Origin: Octopus sinensis
Lineage: Eukaryota
Reading direction: 5' to 3'
NCBI RefSeq assembly: GCF_006345805.1
Contig: NW_021834193.1
Coordinates: forward strand, 1 to 51,626
DNA: 51,626 nucleotides
How positions within the stretch are numbered: position 1 is the stretch's first letter; each line of letters begins with the position of its first letter. Position numbers and translations under genes: made by a program. The notes under the pieces were generated by a model. That model worked only from the letters and a program-made list of their open reading frames with translations, did not search any database and was not told the origin of the DNA. Positions 36,221 to 48,955 of this stretch are shown one piece after another.

Positions 36221-37382
36221 TGTATGAATATTTGCACAGTCGGACATAGAGGGCGAGCGAACGAGATGCCCCAGCATGGCCGCAGCCCTCGGGCTGAAAC
36301 AGTAAGGATTTAAGGATATATATATATTATATACATACTCACGCACAGAAACATAGATAGATAGATAGATAGAGAGAAGAGAGAGAAGGAAGGAGAGAGA
36401 TAGAGAGAGAGATAAATATGTTTCTTTATTAGCCACACAGGGCTGCACACAGACAGAGAGAGAGATAGACAGACCGAAAGATATCTAGAAATACATTAAT
36501 ATATAATCAGCTTACAAAGGAAATCCAAATAACTGATGTATTTTGCGCCATTCTTTGAGTATTGCGTTATAATTTGCTAAACGTTATATATATTATAATT
36601 GCCGACTTCTATTAGGAGTTGAGGTTTCTTAATTATGTAAGGGCACTTCTCAAAAATGCAAATGACTTGCAAATGAATCTTGATAGATTATTCACAACCG
36701 CTATTGAAATAAAATGAATTTTCATCTAAATACATATTCACAACACCTCTTCGATTTCACGCATCATATTAAGGTAGAAAGTTTTTAACACAAGGTATTT
36801 ATCTATTGATTTATTGCATTGACTAACGAACAATTGTCAGGAAGATATTTCCAGGCAGGTTTTCATGTTAGTTTTTTTTTTCGGAAATAATGCGAAAATA
36901 AAGTAAACAAGAAAACGACATTAAGATACATTAATAGATTCAGTGAGTTTGCTTATTCACATATGTATCTTTGTCAGAGAGATACACACAAACGAATACA
37001 TACATATCTATGCACACACCACACATATAAATATAATATTTCATAAACTGGTATGCAGATAGATGTTTCCTTGTGTGGCTGTGCAGGAGGGTGTTGTAGA
37101 AGTTAGCTACTTATATATATATATATATATATATGCATTAGCTTGTACATATGGATATTCGTGTGTGTATACATTTGTATCCGTGTGGGGATTTATGTAT
37201 ATGCTATATACTACTCGTTCACGTGTAAGTTTGAAAATGTCGATATCGAGAAAGCATGGCATTAGAATGCTAATAGATTTTCCCTCCCTCTACATTATTC
37301 TTCTTCATTGTGTATATTCACTTCAAATATACAAATAGATGTATCTTTACACACACCACACACACACAAAACACTGAATATA

Positions 37383-37436
<54 letters not shown>

Positions 37437-37540
37437 ATATACAACAGTGTGGGATAGAGATAGACGATATTACACGCATATGCACAACATTTTTTCTCAT
37501 ATGGATATATATATGTATGTATGTATATATATATACATAT

Positions 37541-37612
<72 letters not shown>

Positions 37613-37724
37613 ATATATATATATATGTGTGGTGTGTGTGTGTCTGTGTGTGTGTGTATGTGTTTATATACATACATATATATAATATGCATATATGTAA
37701 ACGTATTGGAAGAATGGAAGAACG

Positions 37725-37781
<57 letters not shown>

Positions 37782-38443
37782 CATGCATACACATTCATTT
37801 ATAAATCTATTCATATACCTACATACATATATGTAGATGTATGTATGTGTGCGTGTGTATCTGCACGCGTTTGTACCTGGAGGAGGCTGGAATATAAGTC
37901 ATAGAAATAGAATTTTGCTGTTGGCAAATTGGAAAAAAAATCATTATTCGATAATTTATTCGAAGTGCAGCAATCTTATGAATCTTATTGATCTCTCCCT
38001 TCTCTCTCGCTCTCTCTTTCTCTATCTCACAGTCTCTGTCTCCCTCTCCCTCCCTCTCTCGCACTCTCTTTCTCCCTCTGCGCATGTAATTCTGAAAGCA
38101 TATATTGTATATATAAAAACCTTATAACAGAAATAAGAACATGCATAAACGTAATGCTTATTATTATATTTATGATTATCATAATGACATTCACATCTAG
38201 GAAATAGGGCTACGAAGAAATTTGATATTTGAAAAATATTTTTCTGATTATTATATTGAGGACAATATATATAGGACGAAGTTTGAAGTCGATCGTAGAA
38301 TAATATTTCCATGTGTATCCGATAAGGAGACTTTAATGGACCAACGCTCCTTTTTCATATAACGTGAAAGAGTTCCCTGGTATATTTTATTCTTGCATCA
38401 CGGACAATATCTGTTTTGCAGTCAGTATTCTTCATCTGATTAC

Positions 38444-38721
38444 CGAGATGTTAGAAAGACGGTTACACCTTCACTGCTTAGAAGGGTGATGCTACCACGA
38501 ATGACTGATAGGATCGTGTAACTCCAAGCCTGAGCAAGTGTCTTGTTCAGTGTTAAAGCTAATGGAATGTTAAGAGATACTGATTCAACTGCTGATATTA
38601 AGGAGCTTTTCTTGATGTTTCCTGCAAGGAACGTATTCCATATATCGAATATGCCCAGAGCAGTCGTTATTTTAGCAATATTTGGCTGGAGGTCATTCGT
38701 TTTTTTAAGCAATGTTGATTC
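38444..38721 (-). other. Possible coding exon, unidentified
   Basis: cctag|GAA..CG|gtaatc, 278 nt, fully open (ESTLLKKTNDLQPNIAKITTALGIFDIWNTF..VFLTS); the acceptor lacks a pyrimidine tract; no homology recognised. Confidence 0.3.
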
Positions 38722-39170
38722 CTAGGTATTTACTCACTAACTATCTATAGACTTATGTCATGCAGAGAAGACACATCACCTTTTTCCTCATAGAGTTTTC
38801 TTGTAGAACACCAGCATTGATACCTAAAAATAAAACTCCAAACCGGTGTACGCAGTTTTTGCCGCGTTGATAGAGATTATTGCAATGTATGTGTGTGTGT
38901 GTATCTGAGTCTGCGTGCCTTTGTTTCTTTCTTTGTCCCTCCCCTCTCATCGCTTCAATATCAGTGTTGTCGTGTTTGAGGCCACCGATAGGATCAGTAC
39001 TAAGTTTAAGTAAATTGTCCTGGTATATATTTTTTCGACTATGAAACTCTAAAGTAGTGCTCTATCATGGCCGCAATCAAATGAATGAAACAAGTAGAAG
39101 AGCAAAAGAATAAATATACAATACATACAATACATACAAACATATATACATTCATACGCATCAAACAAAG

Positions 39171-39234
39171 GACCCTGAAGAAGTGCACCGACCAAGATGC
39201 ACACATAGCAGTAGAACGAAACGTGTGTAGGCTC
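39171..39234 (+). ncRNA. Hammerhead-like motif with a branched or inserted stem II
   Basis: GACC-CTGAAGA-A-GTGCA/TGCAC hairpin-15 nt-GAAA-near-palindromic ACGTGTGT-A-GG(c)TC. Confidence 0.4.
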
Positions 39235-39342
39235 AAGGGAAGGATCCTGCAAATAACTAAATAGCAAATTATGGATGTGTACATCTCCTTTCGACTAATC
39301 TTGCTCACAGATATATATCTATATATAAGGTTAAGATAGATT

Positions 39343-39656
39343 ATTTAAATATCGATCTTATCAAGTGGTCAGCGTGAGAATAAAAACCTTCAAAGATAAT
39401 AATCATTATTAAAAATATAATTTAGGGTATCTAAGAGATATCACCACGCTGGAAATGGCAGCCAAAACTTGTCTCTAAAACCACATTAAATGTTCATACA
39501 GCACAACATTTAATGCGGATTTAGAGTCAAGTTTTGGCTGCTATTTCCAGCGTAGTGGTATCTCTTAGATACCCTTAATTATAATTTTAATAATAATTTT
39601 TACCTTTGAAGACATTTATTCCCTTGTTAGCCACTTGATAAGATCGATATTTAAAT
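39343..39656. mobile_element. Fold-back (MITE-like) element, 314 bp
   Basis: About 150-bp imperfect arms from atttaaatatcgatcttatcaagtgg to ccacttgataagatcgatatttaaat; 10-nt centre at 39495-39504. Confidence 0.9.
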
Positions 39657-39703
39657 TAACGGTCATATCCTTATATGTGTGTGTGCGCGCGCTAGTGTGT
39701 GTT

Positions 39704-39736
<33 letters not shown>

Positions 39737-40578
39737 TATATATATATACATATAGACATATATGTGTGAGTGTGCGTTTGAGTGTGTGAGAGTGGCCGTG
39801 CGTGACTGTGTGTATACATTTGTTATTGAATGGTATCCGCAGGCAGCAATTATACCATTTATAGTTTGCGTCGAATGGAAACAAGTATCACCCGCATTTC
39901 AAATATGTGCTATATCGCAACAGATAGAGCGTGCATGCATGTCTTTATTTTTTGTGTCCTATCTATGTTCTTGATAGAGTTTAAAACGGTCGCTAACAAA
40001 GTATCGAGACTTATTTAGTTACGAGAGATGCCAGTGTTTGTGAATATGTGGTTGAATCGCTGTGTCCGTTGAACTGTGGTCGTGCACACCAGAGTGTGCG
40101 CATCTATTGACATGAGAATCTCAGACGGAAAATGTTTGGAATGTCTTAGATATCTGCCCTACACCACTAATAGATTGGATTTTGAGAATCCGCGTCAGTT
40201 TCTATTTCTCTTTCTCTGTAAAACCAGGTATTTCTAGGTTTTTGTGGAAAATTGTTGGTACATGACCTAATGCATCTCTGATGATATGTACAAATGAGAA
40301 TTCATATTCAGAGTACTTGACCTGTAGCTTCTGCATTAATTCGCCATTAACGTTCTATTTTTCCCACGATTCTCTATTATATGTATATATGCATGTGTTT
40401 GTGTATGCATGCATGAATGAACGTATGACTTCTTTTTTCTCTTGTTAATTTACAGTAAATTTATACTGGCCTCCGACTCGGTAGCGAGGTTATGAAAGAA
40501 AGTATCTTGATTTAACTGCCAACCTTTAAATCGTAAGGCCTTGCAAATTTTTATAGTCCCAGACATCGTGATTATGCT

Positions 40579-41580
40579 TGTATGTATGTCATTGTTCAGA
40601 TTTATTTCAAGATCTCTTGCCAATAGAGAAAGAGCGGTTTCTAACCTAGATCCGGAACGCCTTCATTAGAATTTCAACATCAACAACAGGGAATTTTTGT
40701 ATGTATGTATGTATGTATGTATGTATGTATGTATGTATGTATGTATGTATGTATGTATGTATGTATGCATGCATGCATGCATGCATGTATGTATGTATGT
40801 ATGTATGTATGTATGTATGTATGTATGTATGTAGGTATGTATGTATGTAAGTATATGTGCAGAATTTGTGTGTTTTGCTTTATATATGTATTCTCATACA
40901 TATAGCTACATATCTAGAAATGCTCATATAATATGTAAATGATAAACTTCTGGAAAGTTTCACAGATCTTTATAGTACCAGTGATGGATTGGGACTGTAG
41001 TTTTCCAATTAGCCTTCTTCTTTCTGGTATTGAGAAGCCTAATTTCTACAACTGTTTCTCTTCTCTTTCCTAAATAATTAAATCAAGTCTGTTGTCCTTA
41101 CATTTTATTGAGGACTTCATTGGCACATTCCATCAGTACTCCTTTTTATTATGAATGGCTATGGCACCTACCATACGGTGGGTTCTTATTTCTTTGTTCA
41201 CGGAACAATCTTTCCTACGGATTTCATTATAGAGTCTCCTAGCTACAACATCACGTCCCATCGCTAGATTATACCGTAATGACATTTTCAGACAACTGCT
41301 TTAGATGTGGCTGATATCATCGGTGTTAACCCCATTAAATCTGCATCGGTTGTAATATTTTACTGCTTTTCCTGCGTCTCTGTCCCTTCTGTGCATGAAG
41401 TAGTTCATTGATATTTCCTGTTCCTGGATTTTGAACGCATACCCTTCAAAGTCGAAGATAGTAATCCGGAACTTTCTGCTAAAATATCCCTGCATCCTTT
41501 TATGCTCATATTGACTAATTCTTTCACCTGATGATACGTTGCGGTAGAGTAGTGCGACTTTTTGAGCGTATATTCCAGGT
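40579..41580 (-). mobile_element. 3' fragment of an RLE LINE (lineage 4) with (CATA)n in the 3' UTR and tail
   Basis: Minus strand: RMQGYFSRK, FEGYAFKIQEQEI, degenerate CCHC CRFNGVNTDDISHI*SSC, GRDVVARRLYNEIRRKD, EY*WNVPMK..NRLDLII and LQSQSITGTIKICETF. It ends in tgacatacataca at about 40579. Confidence 0.8.
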
Positions 41581-42884
41581 TAACAGGCAAAGAATGTTGC
41601 CCATGGAGCTGCCTTTCAAGCTACCTTCCAATGTATGTATGAATGCCTTCGAAACGTGGAGTAGATGAAACAGGGAAAACTGAAGAAGGGGAATAGTCTT
41701 TCTGTTATATGTCTCGTTTCTCTGGCGTGTTTTCATTGTTCAAAAAAGTTCATTTCTATAATTTGTTTTTTTTTTCTCGTTTCCCATTATGTTCAACGTG
41801 TTTTTATGTCCTGTACCCATATATGCATGTATATATACATATATATATATATAGGTATGTACATATAGGTATGTATATATGCATATATTTATATATTAAT
41901 TATATTATGTTTGTGTATATGTATGCGTGTGCATGTATGTATGTATATATGGTAATGATAAAGTTTATATCAATGTGTTTAATACACACAGAGCAATTAT
42001 AAAGATGACTTCAAAGTTGTATATATTGTCAGAATAATTTCACTACATAAATCATTTGTTTCTTTCTTTACACCCAACACAGAGGAGGCAAGAATTGACA
42101 TGCTTCAGCTTTACTATGATCTTATTATGATCGATGATGTATTAGTGAAAGAATCACTAAATACGCATAGAATATTGTGTAACTGGTTTGAGTTTTCAAT
42201 CGGATGGTTTTCATTTTATAACACAGCGATACCGTCTAATGTAAGCAAATATCATTCAAGTAGCATTAAGACGCTAAACAAAAATAATTCTGCCGGGACG
42301 AAGTTAAGTAAACGCAATTTTAATTAATGAGTTACATTATTAGCGCATATTATGTAAGTGGGGAAACAACATTAAATACAATTCGGTTCCATGGCGCCGT
42401 CAACGACGAAGTGTATTCAATGCATTTACAGAAGTTTTGGTGTAAGAATATTTAAGTAAATGTTGAAGAATTCGCGTCGTTGTTGGAGGAAAATACAATT
42501 GTTTAGAGAATAAGTAATTCGTATATTTGGAACGGAAAGACTTGGGTTGACCTTCAAATTCTTCGATTGAAATATTCATGTAAAGAATGCTCTTTCCTTT
42601 CTCTTGGCAGTGACCTATATTTTTAGCATCGTGACCTTTACAGCCTTTAAGTTAATGAACTTATTCAATGTTAGCGTTAACTCTAAACATATATACAATT
42701 CTATAAATGACACGAACGTTCTTTGGCAGAAAACTTTTCTCTATTCAACAGAGATGCTTTTAACAGAAAAACTACTGCATCGTATTAAAGAAAATACACC
42801 AAAACCATCAAAGCATTTCATTAACACTTAGTTTCTTTCAACAATATCCATAATAAATAATATTTTTTAAATTAACAATTTGCT

Positions 42885-43297
42885 ACTGTTTTTGCTATTG
42901 TTGTTTCTGCTGTGGTCTTGGTCTTCTTCATCTTCTTCTTTGTCTTCTTTTTCTTCTTTTTCTTCTTCTTCTTCTTCTACTTCTTCTACTTCTTCTCCTT
43001 CTTCTCCTTCTTCTCCTTCTTCTTCTCCTTCTTCTCCTTCTTCTCCTTCTTTTCCTTCTTTTCCTTCTTTTCCTTCTTTTCCTTCTTCTCCTTCTTCTCC
43101 TTCTTCTTTTCTTCTTCTTCTTCTTCTTCTTCTTCTTCTTCTTCTTCTTCTCCTCCTCCTCTTCTTCTCATTCTCATACTTTTTCTTCTTCTTCCACTTC
43201 TTCTTCTTCTTCTTTTTCTTCTTCATCCTTCTTCTTCTCCTTCTCCTTCTCCTTCTCCTCCTCTTCTTCTCATTCTCATACTTTTTCTTCTTCTTCC

Positions 43298-43328
<31 letters not shown>

Positions 43329-43590
43329 CATCCTCCTTCTTCTTCTCCTTCTCCTTCTCCTTATCCTTCTCCTTCTTCTCCTTCTTCTTCTTCCTCTCCT
43401 TCTCTTTCTCCTTCTTCTTCTTCTCTTCTTCTTCTTCTTCTAATTCTTCTTCTTCTTCTTCTTCTTCTTCTTCTATGTCTTCTTCTTCTTCTATTTCTTC
43501 TTCTTCTTCTTCTTCTTCTTCTCCTTCTTCTATATCTTCTCCTCCTCCTTCTTCTCCTTCTTCTTCTTCTTCTTCTTCTCCTTCTTCTTC
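42885..43590. repeat. Complex (CTT)n/(CCT)n array with an internal 102-bp duplication
   Basis: Directly visible; ttctcatactttttc occurs at 43171 and 43273. Confidence 0.95.
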
Positions 43591-43879
43591 TAATCAGGAC
43601 TCACGCCATTAGCCACAAAGAATAATTTCTAATTCGAGCCTACTCTAAGCTGCTAAGAATGCGTGTGGCAACATGAAGATCCCCCCACCACACCCGATAG
43701 ACTGGTGGTTGCACAGGGGCGAAAGTTACGTTGATATCCTCATTCCGTAAACGGTGGCTTTTAACGGGTGAAGAGCTGAACCATCCTAGGGTAAGGAGGA
43801 TTCGCAATCTAGATTAGGGTCTGAAAGTTTACCACACCATAGAGGGTTACACCATGGTTCCTCTGCTTTGTGGCAGAAG

Positions 43880-44067
43880 TAGGAAGAAAGAGTGAGAGAA
43901 AGTTGTTGTGAAAGAGTACAGCGGGGCTCACTACCATCCCCCGCCGGAGCCTCGTGGAGTTTAGGTTTTTTTTGCTCAATAAACACTCACAATGCCTGGT
44001 CTTGGAATCGAAACCGCTTTCTTTCGACCGCGAGTCCGCTGCTCTAGCCCCAGGGTCATTTCGCCTC
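43880..44067 (-). mobile_element. tRNA-derived SINE related to family C (5' part)
   Basis: Minus strand gctagagcagcggactcgcggtcg..ggtttcgattcc..caactttctctcactctttc matches the 31508 copy. Confidence 0.7.
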
Positions 44068-44186
44068 TACTCTGCTGTGGTTCTTGTTGACAAGATCATT
44101 ATTATCGTATGCTTTCGTTGCACAGCCAAGCATCGATCTTAACGTCTTCGGTCTATGATGTATCTTGGTTTTATTGTTTCCCTAAC

Positions 44187-45473
44187 AGTTCTACCAAGAA
44201 CTGAGAAAAAATAAAATAGAAGTCACTGCAGCACCAACGGCAGAAGAATTGGAAGAATTCTGGGGAGAAATATGGTCGGCGAACGAACCACTAAAAAAAA
44301 GGAGTATCAGAATAACAAACTCGGCATCTGAACAAATTTGGACCCCCATAACAACTGAAGAGGTCACCCAGGCACTGCAAAGACTAAGCAACTGGAAGGC
44401 ACCTGGGCATGGAAAGATCCCCAACTTCTGGTTGAAATATCTAACAGGAATGCAAAAAAAGCTGGCGGAAACTTTAACAAAGTACTAGCAGAGCCAGAGA
44501 CGATGCCTGAATGGCTCACGAAGGGGAAAACCATCTTAATTCCCAAATCAAATGAAACAGAAAAACCAGAAAACTACAGACCAATAACCTGCCTCCCTAC
44601 TATGTTCAAGGCATTTACTGCAGTGATATCACAAAGGCTGAACAAGCACCTGGACGAAAACAAAACTGTTCCCAGAAGAGCAGAAAGGATGCCGAAAGGC
44701 TCATATGGCTGGTAAAGATCAACTAATGATTAATAAAGCCATAACTGAAGACAGCCACAGAAAGAAGAAAGGCTTCAGTATGGCCTGGATTGACTACAAA
44801 AAGGCGTTTGATAGCATCCCCCACACATGGATCCTCGAAACACTAGCCATTAACAAAGTAGCAACAACAATCATAAAATTCATAGAGCACTCTATGAATA
44901 AATGGCAAACAGTCCTACACCTCCAAACAAAAGAGGGACTCATGAAAACCAAAGACATCCCCATTAGATGGTATAGGCACACACCAGAAAAGGTCACAGA
45001 AAACGAGAAAGCAACCATACTCTGGGATATGCCGATACACACAGATAGAGAAATTAAGGCCAACAGACCAGATATAGTTGTCAGAGATCATGAAGAAAAA
45101 AAATGCTTTCTAATTGATGTATCAATACCGGCTGATGACAACGTGGCTCTAAAAGAAATGGAGAACTCTCAAAATACAAAGACCTGGAAATAGAGGTAAC
45201 TAGAATGTGGAATCTGAAAACAGAACAATCCTATCATAGTAGGTGCATTGGGCATGATAAAAAATATTCAGACAAATACATAACAAAAAACACCAGGACT
45301 TACAAACACATATAACATACAAAAATTGCACTACTAAGCACTGCACACATCCTACGCAGAACACTTTCCATACATAACCATCAGAGCATCACAACAAATC
45401 ACAGCACATACCCAAGGCACACAGAGCTACGCTCGGTAGTGAAGTGAAAGCACGCTATAAAAATAAAACTACC

Positions 45474-45474
<1 letters not shown>
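44187..45474 (+). mobile_element. Second, 5'-truncated and internally deleted copy of Dong-like lineage 1
   Basis: Closely matches the reverse complement of 24685-27110 except for a deletion at 44966-44968; same 3' UTR; ends in (AAT)n at 45475-45504. Confidence 0.93.
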
Positions 45475-45504
<30 letters not shown>

Positions 45505-45675
45505 TAATTCTTTTTTATTGGCCACAACGGCAAACAAATATGATTAGAAAACATGAAGAGACAAAACAGGACGAAAGGTTACAAAAGGTTTTGTCCGGTT
45601 TTGAAAAAATCGAGTAAAAAGGCAGTTTAACAATGAAAATATAACAACGAAAAAGACTCCCAATAGGGGGAGGCG

Positions 45676-48600
45676 TTACGAAAAAAGAAAAGGTCTCACG
45701 TGGAAAAACCCATAAAAGCCAACGAGAGCCCGGTCAAAAAGGTAGGTAGAGAGCCCCTTTCTCCTTTTATAATACCTTTTTTTCAGTAACAGCCGAAACA
45801 TCAGAATTGATCTACTTACACTGGCCATTCTTGCACAATTCACCCACCTTTCAGAAAACTTGCTATCAGACAGCAATTTCCTCTTTAACCTCATCTTCCT
45901 TTTCAAGTGAGACTTGAAAAAGTTGATGAGACCTTGACCAAAGATGAAAGTGTATGACTTTAGCCCTTTCAAACGGGTCCACCATACAACCTCTTTCGCC
46001 ACAGCCACTAGGCACAGGAAAACGGCCTTGCCCTCCTTGTTAAAGGTGGTCGGCGGGGCAATCTTCACTATGGATTCAGCTGATAGCCGGATCCGTCCTA
46101 TACGTAACAGTAGCTGTTCGACATAAACCCGTAGTTCGGCAATACTCGGGCACTGGACGAGTGCGTGCTGAACGGTTTCGTCGTCCTGGCAACACCTCGG
46201 GCAGGCCCGGCTGACGGCACTTCCGTGCCGGTAGAATTTATCCCGGACAGGCAGAGCCCCTCGGTAGCACTGCCAGGCGAGCGACCTCTGGAAATTATCC
46301 ATTGGCCCCGGCCCGAAAGTCCTTCGAACAGACCGCTCAGTTCGTTATCATCAATGCTTAGAGTTTCCCCGAGAACGTCGTCGCATTTTTCCTCCACTAT
46401 CCCTCTATAGAACGCTAGAGTGGAACTAAAACCGATCGCATTGCCCGCTTGGCAGAGGTCGGAGAGAGCTTGACGGCACTCGAGGTGCCAAGCGCCCTTT
46501 CTCGGTCTACGTTTGATCCAGGTCTGCAGTTCTGTTAAAGAGACGAGCTGCGGAAAGTCGCGTCTGACAAAAGACGACCACACCTGTTCACCGTCTAGGA
46601 AAACCTTGAGATGTCGCAGCCTGTGCGCATGTCTGCGCATCAGTAACCACGGCATGCCAAGGCCTCCGTCTGTCCAGCGCCCTACGACGCTGTTGGACGG
46701 CACGGGCTTGCCTCTCCAGGTGCCCAGTTGCAAGCCCACAGACATTTCCGCGTTAATCTTTGCCCCTGTCACCGCTTCGTACTCGTTTAGCGTCTCGCCA
46801 ATCAGGTCAATGTGCCTGTGGCTCGAGACCATCACGGTGACGTCGTCGGCATAGGCAGACACGCTGTTTCCATCTCCTAGATCGCGCGGGATACTCCTCA
46901 AACCCTCCAACTTGCGCAGTAATCGCTCGAGAGTCAATACTTACAAGAGGGAGGAGAGAGAGCATCCTTAGCGGACAGAACGCGAGATGTCAAACGGTTC
47001 CGAAAGGTGACCGTTCACCGGTATCACCGAGCAAATGTTACTGTATAAAGCAGTGATCCACCCGCGGAAAACTGGACCGAAGCCAGCTGCCTTGAGAACA
47101 GCTGCCAGGTACCGATGGTCGACCCTATCGAAGGCTTTACTCTGATCTAAATTGATCAAAGCCCCACCCGCGCCAGCGTCGTTACCCACCCTCTCTATGA
47201 TGTAGCGCATGAGATGGAGGTTGTCGTGTATCAACCTGGTCGGCACGGCGCATATCTGCGTCCCGCCATCCAGCTTGTCCACGACAAGCACCAATCTCTT
47301 GGCTAGCACCTTGGCCAAAATCTTCAACTCTGCATTGAGCAGAGTGATGGGCCGAAAATTCCCTATAACGTCCCCCTTGTTTGGGTCTGGGTCCTTTCTC
47401 AGCAAAGCCCCCACCCCTCGACAGACAAAAGCAGGAATTCTCCCGTTTTGCTGCCAGTTACATTGAAGTGTAAAGCTCGTAGGGCAGACCATCCAGACCC
47501 GGCGATCTACCTCTCGTGCAACTCTTCATTGCTTCCTCCACTTCCCAGGCAGATATCGGTCCTTCGAAGCAATCTGCCTCGCTGTCCGAGAGTTGCGGTA
47601 GGCCGTCCAGGTACACACCAAAGTCTGTACCGTTAGCCGTTCCACCGCTCGTCCCAAACAGTTGAGCAAAGTACCGCTGAAACACCGTACACAACTGCTT
47701 CGGTTCGGTAACCTCGCGCCCGTTTTGGTCCACCAAAGATGGAACGGTTGCTTTGTTGCCTCGCTTAACCTCCGCCACACGGGCCCATCGAGCGGCTCTA
47801 GTCCCCTCCCCGCTTAGCGAACGTGCCTTAGCTCTGACAACGCAGCCTTCGTGTTTGGTGTCAAAGTGTTGGTCGAGAGCCAACCTTGCCGCCAACACGT
47901 CGGGCGCGATGCCAGTCTCAAGAGCCTCGTCTAGTTTCTTAACTAAATCCCGCTCTCTCTTCCTACGTTCAATAGCTAGAACCTTACTAAACCTAATCGA
48001 CACTACTCTAATTGCTCTCTTGAGGGCAAACCAACAGTTGTTGTTGATGATTGCCCCCGTTAGCGCCCGCTTAACTAGTAAACTAATCCGATCTCTGTAA
48101 GCTTTGCACGCCGTTAACGACGCGTTCAGCTTCCAGTAGCCGGGTCCCAGTCTATGTAGCCTATCTAAGTCGACCGTACAGATCACGAATTTGTGGTCGG
48201 TGTAATCGACTAGGTGGAATTGTGGACACCCTATGCCGTCCTTATCCGCTGGCCTACAAAACAATATAAGTACGATCTAGACGACCCGATGCGAATGGTC
48301 CAAGTGCACATTGGCACATTCGGGTTGTCTAGTCGAAACCTGTCGGACAACTGAAAGCGCCCGAATAGGTTGGCGCGGTTCTTGCACTCCCCTCTCTTAT
48401 CAGATGCTCCTCTGCCCACCCGATCGAAACGTTCGTCTAAGACAGCGTTCCAATCCCCAACTAGCACTAGAGTGCGTGACGTTCCCAGGAAAACTTCCAG
48501 ACGTTTGAAATAATCCGAGTGCCCTGCTCCTGTCGGAGCGTAGGCATCCAGCAGTCTGAAAGCACCGCCGTCACTACCGTCTACGTCGAGGACCACCAAC

Positions 48601-48864
48601 TAACCTTCTGGTTCCAGGAAGACTGTCCTTATTTTCAAGTCCAGGCCCTTCCGAAACAACACCGCCCGCTCCCGGCCGACACGGAGATAGAACGATCTCG
48701 TATCCGCCGAAAAGGGCTGCGAGTTCCTGCGGGTCGGAGAGCCTGGTTTCACTAATGGCTGCTACATCCACATCATGAAACCTCAGGTCGTTTAACAGGT
48801 GACCCTGTTTCCAAGGTGATCCGAGGCCTCTCACACTCAAGCAACCGATTCTAAGTTTTGCCAT
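45676..48864 (-). pseudogene. Tx1/L1 ORF2 (APE endonuclease-RT-zinc finger), frameshifted with internal deletions
   Basis: LRIGCLSVRGL..AAISETRL, LVGDWNA, YTDHK (APE); SPGLDGLPYE, FRPITLLN, LDQSKAFDRVDH, SAYADDV (RT); CPRCCQDDETVQHALVQC. Deletions at about 47460 and 46665. Confidence 0.92.
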
Positions 48865-48955
48865 GTTTCAAAAGGTGACAAAAAAGGAGAAAAAGGCTCT
48901 ACTTACTGTTGTTGGTGGTGGTGGTGGGAGTGGCTCCCTTGTGCTTTTGCACAGG

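Noticed and set aside
41524-41736. Minus-strand ORF with AG/GT boundaries
   Set aside because: It overlaps a LINE fragment read in a different frame and a neighbouring repeat, which explain the sequence better.
42867-43625. Long poly-Lys/Arg/Glu and poly-Leu/Phe/Ser ORFs
   Set aside because: They are readings of a (CTT)n array with no start context or unique sequence.
43670-43730. Nested stems CCCC-CCACCA/TGGTGG-GGGG followed by CGAAA, suggestive of an HDV-like ribozyme
   Set aside because: Could not assign P2, P3 or P1.1 of the double pseudoknot.
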